Shown piece after piece: positions 49,186-62,146 of a stretch of 64,000 nucleotides of DNA; position 1 is the stretch's first letter, and each line of letters starts with the position of its first letter. Made by a program: the position numbers and the translations under genes. The notes beneath the pieces were generated by a model. That model was not told where the DNA came from and made no database searches. It saw nothing but the letters and a program-made list of their open reading frames with translations. This DNA comes from Octopus vulgaris (taxonomy: Eukaryota). The stretch covers positions 204,352,001 through 204,416,000 of the forward strand of contig OX597814.1 in assembly GCA_951406725.2 (NCBI GenBank), written 5' to 3'.

Positions 49186-52100
49186 GTTGCAAGAATGAAA
49201 CTGACGAAATAACATCAACGGTAAATCGGTGTTCACCAAAAATCTGTTAACCCAAGAAAAAATATCTCAAGAGGTTGCTAATCTGTTAGACATAGCAGCC
49301 AAATTTCTCTAAAATTACTATTTATCGTCGTAAATAAAGAATTGAAAAATGTGGTTTCTGATATTCAATAAGACAAATGGTCACGCCTGGAACACTTTTG
49401 ATCATAAATCTGTTCGATCAGAGCTAAATTAGGGATAAGTAGCAACAGAAAACTAAGATGTCACATTATAGAAACATGACATAATCGGTGCAGACTCGGA
49501 TAAAATAATTTCGTGGTATTTACTTCTGTTTGAGTTCAAATCATTCAAGTAGCGATAAAATCAGTATCAGTCAAGTAATCCGCTGAAGCCTCTCGCCAAA
49601 ATATATGTGGCCTTGTGCTTCCATTAGAAATTGTTATCTGCACATATCTTCTTGATTTGTGGTATCGACTCTTTCGTCGACTCACGTCTCTGTGTTTAAA
49701 ACGTCACCGATATTTCATTTCATCTATTTAGAGATGACAAAATAAGTACCAGTAATGTACTATGGTTAATTTATTTGATTCTATACTTCTCAGAATATTG
49801 TTCACTACGGGTGCCGTTTGAAGAAATCATGGCAGTATTCAGTTATATCCCTTTACTGTCTTGAAGGTGGAAAAGACATTCATCATTCGTGTAGTTCGGG
49901 CTATACAACTCTAGAAGAACGACAGGATTGTCATAATTGGCATTCTTTTGCGGTTGGGTTTTTCACAACTGAAGCTGACCTTTACGATTCTGGATTCCTT
50001 CTTTGGGAGACTTAATCCATCGCCCTGTTGAATACCACCGCTTGGCTGTTGGGCCACTCTGTTGTAAGCTTTGTATCAGATCTCTAATAGTAAGAGGATA
50101 ACTTCATCCAGCCCAACAGTCGAGGAGGCTCTATAATGAGTTGTAGGTGCTCATCTTCCTCTTCTCAGTAAGCCTCTAAAAAAATGTAAAAAAAAAGAAG
50201 AAAGAAGTCATTGTTTATGAAAGGATAAACAAAGTTAGGCTAGATGCTCTATGATATCTACTTCATAATTCTATGTTGAATCTTTGCAGGCTTCTTTAAT
50301 CGTTGCAGTATTAATGAAACATTTCGTAATATACAGAATTGTATCACTGCTGCACTTTACTGCACTTAGTAAAATGAATTCAGTTCTATACATATTAACA
50401 CAAAGATAGTAAGCCAACCTGCCATCATTCTGCTCACTAAATGTAATTACTTCATTTGTTTTTTCTTAGTTTAATAAGAAGTTGTGCATAGTCATTTTGG
50501 ACCATCCTTTATCAGAGATTTTAAAATTACTCAAAACTGTTAAGATGTAATTAATGTTGGAGAAATATAACCTAGAAAAATATTCTAATTCAGTGGTTCT
50601 CAAGCGGTTTTTTCTTTTTTTCTACCTATGGATCCCTTTGATAACAATTTTATTCTGGTGGACCCTCAAAGTCATTTGAAGTTTTATAGATAGTTCTTTC
50701 AGAATTCCTATTTTGATTTTCATGCATTCACTTGTATAGATTTACCACAGCACTCTCTCAGAGAACATGTATCAGCGGCCAGAAACCTAGTTGTTTTTTG
50801 CAATAAATATCTAAAGCAAAAGTTTTCAAGGGCCCTTAAAATATCAATGTGGATCCCCAATTTACAATTTTGCTTGCATGGACCCTGGTTGAGAACCATT
50901 GTTCAATGGATGCAGTGATGAAAAGACATTGGGCAAAGATTTTAGTTTTAGGTCTGAAGTAAGGCATGATATGAGTGTTTAGAAGAAAGGTAGATCTTAT
51001 ATGAAGTAGGTTTAGCTATTTTGATACCAACCCACCAGAAACTGCTCTCGTTCTTGTGATACAAATACCATGATTTAAAGTGAGCTAAATTTAAACCTTC
51101 CATCAAAATTCTGTGTTAATTTATATTCCAAACACCAGCTTAATAATGACAGCCATCATTATCATCATCGTTTAATGTCTATTTTCCATACTAGAATTGG
51201 TTGGACAGTTTGACCGGGGTCTGGGAAGTTAGGAGGCTGCACCAGGCTCCAGTCTGATCTGGCAGTGTTACAACAGCTGGATGCCCTTCCTAACACCAAC
51301 CACTCCATGAGTGTAGTAGGTGCTTTTTACGTGTTAATAGTGTGTGCAAAAATCTTATGGTGTGCACATTTTTTTTGGACATACATACATACATAAATAA
51401 AAGTTGGATCTTTGAAATGACATGATGATAGAAGGTGAAAAATATGTTGCCTTGATGATATTTTGAAAGAAGGTAGGTTGGGATCAATAATGGTGGAGTT
51501 TGATGTAAACAGAAGAAGCCCTGGAAACTGAGTAGTATGTTAATGCGGAGCTTGAGGGAAGGTGTACGCCACATGTAGGGTGGATGGTGTACAACGATTT
51601 ATAGGAGTAAGAAATTGGTGAAGACATGTGGAGCAGCAGAGGAGTCTGGATAGAATGAGAATGGTTATCATTCAATGGATGAGTAGAATATCACTGAGAG
51701 AAAGAAAGACAAACAATGAATCACAGAGATTCATGGTAGCAATAGAGAAAGTGATGGATGTTGGGAAGAGAAATGGGATAACATGGTTGGGTTATTTGCT
51801 AAGGAAGGATTAAAATGACTGGATAAAAGGAATTATGAAAATGAATGTAGGAGTAAGCAGAGGAAGGAAAAAACATAGTTAAAGACAATATAGGAAGGAA
51901 TGAGAACACAAAGGTTAGGAAGGTGGGAGATGTATAAATTAGAATAACTTAGAAAATGCCATTTTCTCTGCTTGAACAGGGAAATGGCATTAAAACATTT
52001 GTGTTGTAGATTAGTTATCAGTAGCATGACAGTAAAAGTAATACCTGCATATATGCATCAAAATCAGTACAAATAGGTGTACAAAAGGAGTGTTTCTATA

Positions 52101-52239
52101 AGTTTTTTTGCAAACCACATCAATATCAAAGGAAAGAAATCTCATTATCAACAATGGCATCTTCCATGTACATGTTGGACAATACTATAACATCTGCTCC
52201 TGTGTGGATAGAAGCTATAGGTATGGTACATGAAATGAG

Positions 52240-52466
52240 GGGTGAGCTGGCAGAAACATTAGCACGCCGGGCGAAATGCTTAGCGGTATTTCGTCTGCCA
52301 CTACGTTCTGAGTTCAAATTCCGCTGAGGTCGACTTTGCCTTTCATCCTTTCGGGGTCAATTAAATAAGTACCAGTTAAGCACTGGGCTCGATATAATTG
52401 ACCTAATCCTTTTGTCTGTCCTTGTTTGTCCCCTCTGTGTGTAGCCCCTTGTGAGAAGTAAAGAAA
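52240..52466 (+). mobile_element. Full-length tRNA-derived SINE ('tail A')
   Basis: Same family as 12890-13120; flanking direct repeat GAAATGAGGGG. Confidence 0.9.
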
Positions 52467-52829
52467 TGAGGGGAACTCAAAACATTTGGAGTTCTGTGAT
52501 ACAAACGGCTTAACCAATTGCAGCATTAACCAGTCAGTCACATGACCACTTATCAATTAGATGTATACACAAGTCAGAAAAGACTTGGTGCTCATCAGGA
52601 AATGAGATAAATTGCTGGTTGTGATTATTAAGTCCTTTTATAGTGAAGAAAACACTTCTCAATTGTTTAGTGATTAGTGTTGTCAGAGTAAGAACTAGAC
52701 AAATGAAAAGGTGTAAGACTATGGTAATTGAAAGCTCCATCTACTACATATTGGTTCAGAAGTGTCAGGAAGTATATTAAAGAAGAGGAGATAAAGATCC
52801 ATAACATAGAGCACAACTGGAGTTTGACA

Positions 52830-53345
52830 CAATTCAATTTTTATTGGCTCAAAAAGCAAAAGCAAGGCCATTTAGGGGGCAGGGAGTTATGCACAGGGAG
52901 GGTGGTCATACAAAGAGTTCAGGCCATTTCTGGTCAAGAGAGACTTTGAACCAAGCGGTCGTCAGCATCTTCACTATCTTGTCCAGCAGCTTATTCCACG
53001 GATCCGCAACCTGGACGGAGAAAGCCCCTCTCCTTCGATTGAGATGAAATCGTTATAGATAGAGCTTTTCGGAGTGACATCGCAGCCCATGCTCTGGAGC
53101 AGGAGTGAAGAACAGCTCTTTCGAGAGATTACACTTTCCACTTATGATGTTGTGAGCAAGAATGAGATCACCATGGCGTTGTCGTTTTTCGAGAGAATAA
53201 AGGTCGAGCATCTTCAGCCTTTCTTCATAAGACAAATGCTTGAGACCAAGAACCATGCAGGTAGCCAGCTTCTGGACTCTTTCAAGATGATGTATGTCTT
53301 TGAGGAGATAAGGAGAAGAGGCTTGAATCCCTGTTGTATATCAGA
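52830..53345 (-). mobile_element. CR1-clade LINE 3' fragment
   Basis: LKHLSYEERLKMLDLYSLEKRQRHGDLI...LRCHSEKL, then FSVRVADPWNKL. Confidence 0.85.
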
Positions 53346-54364
53346 AACCAAATTTGGGAGTGGAATCAGGATTCTTGCTGGCCAGATAGAAATAATTATT
53401 CTCCCAAACACTCTTCGTAATGTAGGTCAAAGAAATTGGTCAAAGGATCAATGTACATTGTAGCAAATTTATTGACAATAAACAAAGGAAGGATTATAAG
53501 ATGTTAACAAATTTTGTGTATAGAGATAGGTTACAAAGACTTACCCACATGGTATACATTTATAATCTTATTAAAAGCCTTTACAATGAGAACAAAGAAA
53601 TTGTCCAAATGAACAGACACTGTTCTTGAGAAGACCAATACTTGAGAGAAAGCTTACACTGCCATGCCATCCATTTAGCTTAGGTAAGTCAAATATGGAG
53701 CCCACTGGCTGAATCTGTTCCACAACAATATTTGTCTGGCTCCTGAGCTCAATTTCATAAAACAAATAAGATTTTATTCTTATTTTTCAATTTTAAAATA
53801 TTCGATGAAATATATATTGCTCACATGGATTCAGTCTAACGATATGGATGATATTCAAAAGTCTTGCAGCTGAAAAAAACACAAGGCTGGTCTTTAGTCT
53901 CATCAGAGTTATATAATTTAGATTGGTCCTTTTTGTCATTGTTCTGTGTGTCAGCATTTGGGTGCCAACTGATACTCCACTTTTTCATATATATGATTTT
54001 GGAATTGGAGGGGACTTGGGTAAGGTTGGGTATCTTGGATTTAGTTTTTTTTTTCAACATCACTGAAATTCATAAACCAGATGTATTTTCAAACCTGCAG
54101 CATAAAAGAGCCCAAGCTTCTACTCAGTCATATCTAATGATTGTTAAACTAACCTTCCACTCTTGGAATGCTTTTTTACATGAAACCATTTGGCAACATG
54201 GATTGGCTGTTATAAAGCAAAATTTACAATTTTGTATAAATAATATACCATCTCTATTACCTAATATATGAGTGCCTGTCTTTTCTGATTTATGAATACT
54301 TTGGACACGATGATGATGATGATGCTGATGCTAAACTACTACTGTCAGTTATGATGATGAGTGT

Positions 54365-54660
54365 TCTAATTGTTCCGATCAACAGAACAGCCTGCTCGTG
54401 AAATAAATGTGCAAGTGGCTGAGCACTCCATAGCCACATGTACCCTTGAAGTAGTTCTCAGGGAGATTCAGTATAACACAGAGTGTTACAAGGGTGGCCC
54501 TTTTGAAATTCAGGTACAACTCATTTTTACCAGCTGAGTGAACTGGAGCAACGTGAAATAAAGTACCTTGCACAAAGACACAATGCACCACCATGAATTG
54601 AACTCATGCCATTACAGTTGTGAGCTGAATACCCTAATTACTAAGCCATGAGCCTTCACA
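54365..54660 (-). mobile_element. tRNA-derived SINE (third family)
   Basis: Minus-strand head GGCTTAGTAATTAGGGTA...GAGTTCAATTC, then GTGTCTTTGTGCAAGG and CACTCAGCTGGTAAAAATGAGT core. Confidence 0.65.
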
Positions 54661-55319
54661 GTAGTAGTAGTAGTAGTATATGTGTGTGTGTGTGTGTATG
54701 TAGATATGTATGTATTACTTGGAAACAGGTGAAAGTTGGTGACAGGAAGGGCCCTCCAATAGTAGAAAATCTGTCTCATGTAGGCATGGAAAAGTAGACA
54801 TTAATACAATGATGATGATGATGTATATATCATTTCCATGCTTATATGAGGCAGATTTTCTCCACTTGGATGCCTTTCCCGTCACTAACCTTCACCTGTT
54901 TCCAAGCAAGATAATATTTTGCCATGGCTGGACATGTTTTCATTGAAGATTGGAAAGAAAGACACCACTAGTATGATGATGACAACTGTCATGCAATGTC
55001 AAGGCAAGGAGATATAAATACATTCACATGCACATACACACACACACATGTGTGTGTATTCATATATATATATTTAATGATGGCTTAGTTGTTTCCATTA
55101 ATTTGGATTATAAAGTGACCATGTTATCAAGTTATGATACACAAGTGTAGTTTGCCACTATTTTCCATAGTTAAATCAATATTCCTTGTACTGTTGCAAA
55201 TAAAATAACATTTTATTTCCAGTAGTTTCGCAGCATTACAGTTTCATGTGCAAAATGGTCTGCTACAACAAAGTTAGAATACTGTCTATTTTATATTAAC
55301 ATTTTTTTCAAAATGTAAC

Positions 55320-55510
55320 CACATGTGAATCGTTGGTGACTTTTTATTCCTCTGTCTTCCTTTTTTATTGAACTTTCCTCTGTTTCTGAAGAAGAGCTTT
55401 GCTCGAAACATAAAACTACCTTTCTTTCCTTCCCTGAGCGTCTGCTAATACTTTACATGTACCACGTCCTCACGTTGTTGCTTTTTTGTTTGTTCTTCAT
55501 TTTTTTACTA
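55320..55510 (+). mobile_element. Penelope-like fragment with partial hammerhead core
   Basis: CTGAAGA-A-GAGC-TTT-GCTC-GAAAC at 55386-55409; stem III and cleavage site not intact. Confidence 0.5.
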
Positions 55511-55529
55511 TAAACTTAGATAAACTTAG

Positions 55530-56402
55530 ATATGTTTCGACCAAAGATTGGTCCAGGCCATGTCTAACTTAATAGCACCACCTGATAGGATTATTTGAAT
55601 CCTGTTTAAGTCAAGTTTTGTTTATAGTCCATTCAAGTAGTGAGTTATTGTTGGGTGAGTTTTATCCAATTATGGGTGGCTTATCTGGTATTCTTTGAAG
55701 GAATCCATCCAGACTCCGTTTAAAGTTGATGGGATCCTTTTCCTCTTTGATCTCTTTCGGGACAATGTTAAATAGGGCAGGGCCTGTTGAGGAAAAGAAA
55801 TTATGTTGCAGTGTACATGTATGCTGTGATCTTGAATTGGGCAGGGGACGTATGGCCCGTGGTCCCAGTCTTGGATGAATCTTGAAGCTAATGTTCAGGT
55901 CGTTTGGGCAAAGTTGGCGGTATATTCTCCACATCGTACAAATGATGTACCGCTCACGGCGACGCTGGAGAGAGTAGAGTTTCAAGGCTTTCAGGCGATC
56001 CCAATAATCGAGAGCAGCCATGCCTTCAATTCGTTTAGTGAGTGCCCTCTGGGGTGATTCAATCCTCGAGATGTTTTGTCTTGTATGGGGAGACCACAGT
56101 GAGCAGCAGTATTCAAGGTGTGGCTGTACAAAGGAGGAGAAAAGTGGTATGATGAACCTTGTTCTCTGGACTGGAAAGTTCTTAAGATCCAGGAACTCAT
56201 CCTACGAGCTATATCGACCTTCTTGTTGATGTGTGCACTCCAACTGAGATCGTCATCAACAATTACACCCAGGTCTCTGATATTGTTAGAGGCTGTGAGC
56301 GGTTCCCCTGAAGGAAGAGAGTATGGCTGTTTTAGTGAGGAATTTTTTCCAAAATGCATCAGCTCAAATTTTCCCTCGTTCAGTTGCATTTTGTTTCTGT
56401 CT
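55530..56402 (-). mobile_element. CR1/L2-group LINE 3' fragment
   Basis: NKMQLNEGKFELMHFG, RDLGVIVDDDLSWSAHI, YWDRLKALKLYSLQRRRERY; one frameshift between ORFs 55991-56425 and 55662-56021. Confidence 0.88.
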
Positions 56403-56839
56403 ATCATCATCATCATCATCATCATCGTTTAGCGTCCGCTTTCCATGCTAGCATGGGTTGGACGGGTCAGCTGGGGTCTGTGAAGCTGGAAGGCTTCGTC
56501 AGGCCCAGTCAGATCTGGCAGTGTTTCTACGGCTGGATGCCCTTCCTAACGCCAACCACTCCGCGAGTGTAGTGGGTGTTTTTTACGTGCCACCTGCACA
56601 GGTGCCAGACAGAGCTGGCGAACGGCCACGAACGGATGGTGCTTTTACGTGTCACCGGCACGGGGCCAGGCGATATATATATATATATATAAATATATTC
56701 TTATCTTATATGTATTGAATTTTAATGTATATATGTATGTTATTATGGTTCTCATTTTGTTAAATAAATGTCAACATTCTAATATCCTAAAGCTGATAAA
56801 CCAACTGAATTATTTCTCCATTTTCTTATTTGTAATATA

Positions 56840-57800
56840 TCATCATCATTATGGGTTGGACGATTTTGACTGAGGGCTGAGGGCTGGCGAACTAGATGGC
56901 TGCACCAGGCTCCAATCTTGATTTGGCAGAGTTTCTACAGCTGGATGCCCTTCCTAACGCCAACAACTCCAAGAGTGTAGTGGGTGCTTTTTACATGAAA
57001 CCAGCATGGGGGCCAGTCAGGTGGTACTGGCAACGACCTCGCTCGAATCTTTTTACACATGCCACTGGCACAGGTGCCAGTAAGGTGATGCTGGTAACGA
57101 TCACATTCGAATTGTGCCTTTTATGTGCCTGGCACGGAAGCCGGTTAGCCACTCTGTCAACGATCACACTTGCATGGTCCTCTTTGCACCCCACTAGCAC
57201 GGATGCCACTCATCGAATTTGATTTTGATTTCACTTGCCTCAACAGGTCTTCGCAAGCAGAGTTTAGTGTCCAAAGAAGGAAAAGGTATGCATAAGTGGG
57301 CTGGTTACACTCTTAGCATAGGCCACGAGGTTATGATCTCACTTGGCTTGCCGGGTCTTCTCAAGTACAGCATATTTCCAAAAGTCTTGGTCACTAGTCA
57401 TTTCCTTGGTGAGGCCTAAAGTTCGAAGGTTGTGATTCACGACTTCATCCCAGGTCTTCCTGGGTCTACCTCTTCCACAAGTTCCCTAAACCGCTAGGGT
57501 GTGACACTTTTTCACACAGTTATCCTCATCCATTCTCGCCACATGACCATACCAGCGCAGTCGTCTCTCTTGCACACCACGTCTGATGCTTCTTAGGTCC
57601 AACTTTCCTCTCAAGGTACTTACACTCTGTTGAGTATGCACACTGACATTACATATCCATCGGATCATACTGGCTTCATTTCTTGCAAGCTTACGCATGT
57701 CCTCAGAAGTCACGGTCCATGTTTCACTGCGATGTAGCATGGCTGTTCGTACACAAGCGTCATACAGTCTACCTTTTACTCTGAGCGAGAGGCCCTTCAT
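56840..57800 (-). mobile_element. RTE-clade LINE, 5'-truncated, with 3' UTR
   Basis: KGRLYDACVRTAMLHRSETW...RRLRWYGHVARM...GRGRPRKTW; (GAT)n-type tail. Confidence 0.9.
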
Positions 57801-57827
57801 TGTGCTGGCAGAACAGCAGAAGTAAGT

Positions 57828-58300
57828 GGAGGCGCAATGGCCCAATGGTTAGGGCAGTGGACTCGCGGTTGGAGGATAGCGGTTTCGATTCCCAGACTGA
57901 GCGTTGTGTGTGTTTATTGAGCGAAAACGCCTAAACCTCCAGCATGGGGTGGTGGCAACCCCTGTTGTACTCTTTCTTCTTGTTTCTTGTCTCTGACTTC
58001 CTATGCAACCGCTGAGCCTGGATGTGCATTCATCCATCTGTCGATGCTCTCGGTGTGGGGGGTTGACCTGCTTTCTCTTCTGTGGGTCTTACAAATAGCA
58101 AAAGACCACGTTTCGGATTTCTCCCACTGGTCGAAGACTGCTACGCTCAACAGCAACTCTGCATGGAAATCAGTCAGGACATGCTGGACTGCACAAAGCA
58201 TGACCCAGTGCTCATCATCACTGGTGATGAGACAAGGGTTTGTGGTCTCTGATGTATCCAGAATGAAAATCTGATAAATGTACACCACGTCAGTACTCTA
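57828..58300 (+). mobile_element. tRNA-headed retroposon (SINE or LINE 5' region)
   Basis: A box TGGCCCAATGGTTAGG and B box GTTTCGATTCCC without a full cloverleaf, followed by a GC-richer repeat-like body. Confidence 0.55.
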
Positions 58301-60628
58301 GGTGTAACAGTCAGGAACTGTCATGGCCTACCAGTGCAAAACTTTTTATACATGCATAGAAATGGTGGCTTTACCTCTCACTCTAAGGATTTTGCCCATG
58401 CGGCATTACGACACTTACCAAAGGTTCTATGCAGTGGGACTGAACCCGAAACCCTGTGGTTGGGGAGCAAATTTCTTAACCACAATATCTACCTGTGGAA
58501 GAATTTTTCTTTGAAACAAATGTACTGAAAACATGACTGGGTTTTGGCTTTATCTTTTTTGTAACCAAGTGTCTTTTCTCTCCTATTTTTCATATGCTAT
58601 ATGCTTAATACTGTAAAATTCCAAATCTATAACCTTCACCTTCAGAGTGAACTGATGTTGGTAAGAGTTAAGGTAATTGGTGGAGATATTAATGTCAGAA
58701 TTTGAATTTTGACCGTTAGAAATGACGAGTCATCACTCATGGTTACCTATGTTAGTGACTTGAACATGCGTGTCTGTTTATTTTGGCATTATACTGTTTT
58801 ACCAGCATATCAGTATTGCTTCCATTATTAGTACCTATTTCAGAGGATAAGGTACTAGAGTATGACTATGTTGCTCACTTAGATTAATAACGACAACAAA
58901 CCATATACATAAACGTAATTACAATTTTTAATATTTTTAGTCATCGTTGAGGTCATATTAAATTTGATACCGTAAAATGTTTTTCATATCCTTATTTCTT
59001 AGGAAATGAATAGAGGACGTGGGCGAAGAAAGTGTAAGGAAAAAAAGAAAAAAGGAAATAGAAATTTTTGTAATTTTTTTTCAGGATCGTAATTTCCGTC
59101 TCCTGAAACAAGTGGATACTAAAAAACGAGGGAAAACTAGTCTTTCCCATAAGGTATGGGAATATGGGACATCACCAAGTCCTTATTACAAAATTTTACC
59201 GAATCTGTATAACAATTATTTTAACGTATCTGGTCAATCCTAATATAATAAATAAATACCGACTAAATTACAGATGTTGCACTTCAAAAATACATGGTTA
59301 TAACAAAAAAAGGTGGGCTCCTCATGGCACCACACTTTGCTGAATTATCGTAGTAATCTAGGTGGGAATATTAATTACTAAGAATTTAATTTTGGGACAT
59401 GGTAAAAATATACTGTTGGCGCGTAGGCTCTCTGATCAAGGGTTTTCGGCAGAGTTTTTGAATAGCTGTCCCTCGAAGTCCTATACAGCATGGGAAAGGG
59501 TTAAAAAACTTATTCATTTCCCTTATTTTTTCTTTTGTCCAGCATTCCCCTGTGTTTTATACAACAGTAATTACGATTCTGAAAGCTATTTTCACGAAAA
59601 TTTCAGTTCATTTTAACACTCTTCCTTTCGGTGTCCTTTTCCTTCTAAGTATGGTAGAGGTGGTTATTCCAAAACTCCGCTGAATTTTCCGCATGATTTA
59701 AAAAAATATATTGTTATTCCGTTAGTAATGTAATAATTAAACAAGAAACTATATTCTAATGTACCCGAACGTTATATATTGTAATGTTTATTGCATATAC
59801 AAACTTATTTTGGATATTAAATTTAGCACTTATGTTTGGAAGAACTCACATACGTTTTAGTCAACTCGACTAATTGGTTTTGTATTGTTAATGCTTGTTT
59901 AAGACCAACTCTACATCAAAATACGTAAAATAATTGTTGGAATGTATAATGAAAGATATGCTTTATATATATAGAACGTATCTGTTTTAACATTCAGCTG
60001 TAAATTAAAATAAAAATGCTTATTGGCATTTTAGTTTGTTAATATTTTCGAATTATATCGATTTATATCAACGAATTTATGTAATTTCGGCCTACTTTAT
60101 TAAATCGCTGTTTAATATATTTAATGTTACTCGTGGTTAAATATAATAGTTATATTTTAAATTCAAAGCTTCTTCCACGATTATTTAGAAATATACACGT
60201 GAAAAGAATGCGAATTCAAACCCTGAAAAAAATCATATAGCTTGCATTAAATTGTGTGAATCTCATTTATTTAATTTGTAACGAAATATATTTTCCTATA
60301 ATTTAAAACATGATATTCTTGTTTAAATGCAGGAACAATACAAGATGTCTGTCACCCGACGCCCGCGCACCAACGTATAACTGGGTTTTTTTTTATATAT
60401 AAAAAAATCCCCAGTTAATTTAATTCCTTTTAATATAATTTAGGGAAAATATCAGAATTCAAAGAAACTAGTCCTTTCTGGATAGATAATATTAAGGTAA
60501 AGCTTACTGTTTTATTAAAGCTTACATGTTTTATCACATGTCAAGATAACGATAAAGGTTGACATGTGATAGGAGGGAAAAAACATTGCTGTTCATAAGA
60601 ACACGCATGCATATAGAATATTTAGAGG

Positions 60629-60666
<38 letters not shown>

Positions 60667-60929
60667 AGTTCAAATGCCTATTTTTTAAAAGTAATATTTG
60701 AAATTTATAAAACAGCAATTTTGTGTCTATTGTTCAGCATTTGAGAAAATTTCACATTAATATTTGGTTTTTAAAAATATAATTTATTTGGTGAATACTA
60801 TGTCCTGATATAGCAGGGAAAAATATTCACTAGTAAAATAGAGATACACACACACACACATAGATATATATATATATAAAAAAACTTAATATACATGTGT
60901 GTGTGTTGGGTTATATAAAGAAACATTAA

Positions 60930-61115
60930 TCCGCCATTTCCCTGTATTGTTAAGTGGCAAGGTACGAAAATGAGGCAAAACTATGAATATTAATTACGCA
61001 CGTGATCTCAATAATTATCCATGTGATCTAAAGCGCAAGATTCTATTGGCTGTTTACTATTAGCGCGCAAGATATTTTACGGTTTTATGTCGAAAGTGAG
61101 GCTGACCGGAAAGAA
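60930..61115 (+). promoter_or_regulatory. SRSF2 proximal promoter
   Basis: YY1-like CCGCCATTT (60931), E-box CACGTG (60999), reverse CCAAT box ATTGG (61045), ETS-like CCGGAA (61106), GCGCAAGAT twice; CpG retained. Confidence 0.6.
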
Positions 61116-61252
61116 AGCCACAGTTTTTGGAAAGCGAAGCGAGCGAAGGTGACGAGCAGTTTTCTCATTTCTGGGACCGAGAAAATAAAATATTGCCGGC
61201 TTTTTTCTTCAAAGAGAAAGGTACTGCAATTCAAGTGGTGGATTGGACGAAG

Positions 61253-62146
61253 ATGAGCTACGTACGACGCGGGCCTTCTGAATTAGACTTAGAAGGCATG
61301 GTTTCACTAAAAGTGGACAATCTTACTTACAGAACAACACCAGAGGATTTGCGTCGCGCTTTTGAAAAATATGGCGACGTAGGAGATGTGTACATACCAC
61401 GAGACCGCTTTACCAGGGAAAGCCGAGGATTCGCTTTTGTACGCTATCATGATAAACGAGATGCTGACGATGCAATGGATGCTATGGACGGTGCTATGAT
61501 GGATGGACGCGAACTACGTGTCCAAATGGCTAGATATGGTAGACCGGCTGACCCATATCGGAGAGGTCCCCCACCTCGCCGTTTTGGCGGTGGTGGTTAT
61601 AGCTCATATCGATCGAGAAGACGATCATATACGAGATCACGATCGAGGTCGCGGTCTCGTTCATCACGCCGGCGAAGAAGATCGTATTCAAGATCACGAA
61701 GTCGCAGTAGAAGTCGTTCCTATAAAAGTAGATCAAGATCTCGATCGGCGTCATATTCCAGATCGAGCCGCAGCAAACATTACAGTCGTAGTCCATCTCC
61801 ATCAAGTAAAGGAAAGAAGCGGAGCAGTGCCAGTAGTCGAAGAAGCACGAGGAGTCGGAGCGCCAGCCGGGAGAGGAAGAGCCATTCTCGCAGCCGCAGC
61901 CCCGTCAGTCCAAGACGAAGTCCTGATCGATGCAGTGAAGGTCGCGACGGAAGCGAAAGTGGTGCTGGTGCCAATGCTGGTGGCGGCGGCGGCGGAGGCA
62001 GTTCTGGCAGTGTACCACGAGAAAATTCCAAATCCAGAAGCAGAAGTCGAACCCCTCACAGCCGGAGCTGTTCTCCAGAAGCATTGTCAGACCGCGGCAG
62101 TAACGACCATAACGATCTCGAGCAGCAGGTGGAGGAGGAAGACTGA
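61253..62146 (+). CDS. SRSF2: Serine/arginine-rich splicing factor 2 (SC35), 297 aa, uninterrupted CDS
   Basis: [14 protein letters not shown]...[21 protein letters not shown]...[25 protein letters not shown] hinge, RS domain. True start taken as the ATG at 61253 (MSY..), not the upstream TTG in the ORF track. Confidence 0.97.
   Translation: MSYVRRGPSELDLEGMVSLKVDNLTYRTTPEDLRRAFEKYGDVGDVYIPRDRFTRESRGFAFVRYHDKRDADDAMDAMDGAMMDGRELRVQMARYGRPADPYRRGPPPRRFGGGGYSSYRSRRRSYTRSRSRSRSRSSRRRRRSYSRSRSRSRSRSYKSRSRSRSASYSRSSRSKHYSRSPSPSSKGKKRSSASSRRSTRSRSASRERKSHSRSRSPVSPRRSPDRCSEGRDGSESGAGANAGGGGGGGSSGSVPRENSKSRSRSRTPHSRSCSPEALSDRGSNDHNDLEQQVEEED

Noticed and set aside
53560-54270. Possible piggyBac transposase remnant or host exon
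   Set aside because: Only vague motif similarity; no consistent frame, termini or splice pair could be established.
57828-57900. tRNA-like sequence
   Set aside because: A and B boxes are present but acceptor and anticodon stems do not close; treated as a SINE head. The same applies to the other SINE heads.
60378-60417. Short hairpin TAACTGGG(T)n ATATAT (A)n CCCAGTTA
   Set aside because: Mostly homopolymer pairing; no second copy or functional context seen.
61127-61252. 42-aa N-terminal extension of SRSF2 from a TTG
   Set aside because: Non-ATG start from the ORF caller; homology begins at the ATG at 61253.
32871-62146. Functional link between tRNA-Arg(TCG) and the CGA-rich SRSF2 CDS
   Set aside because: They are 28 kb apart, tRNAs act in trans, and there is no evidence beyond coincidence.
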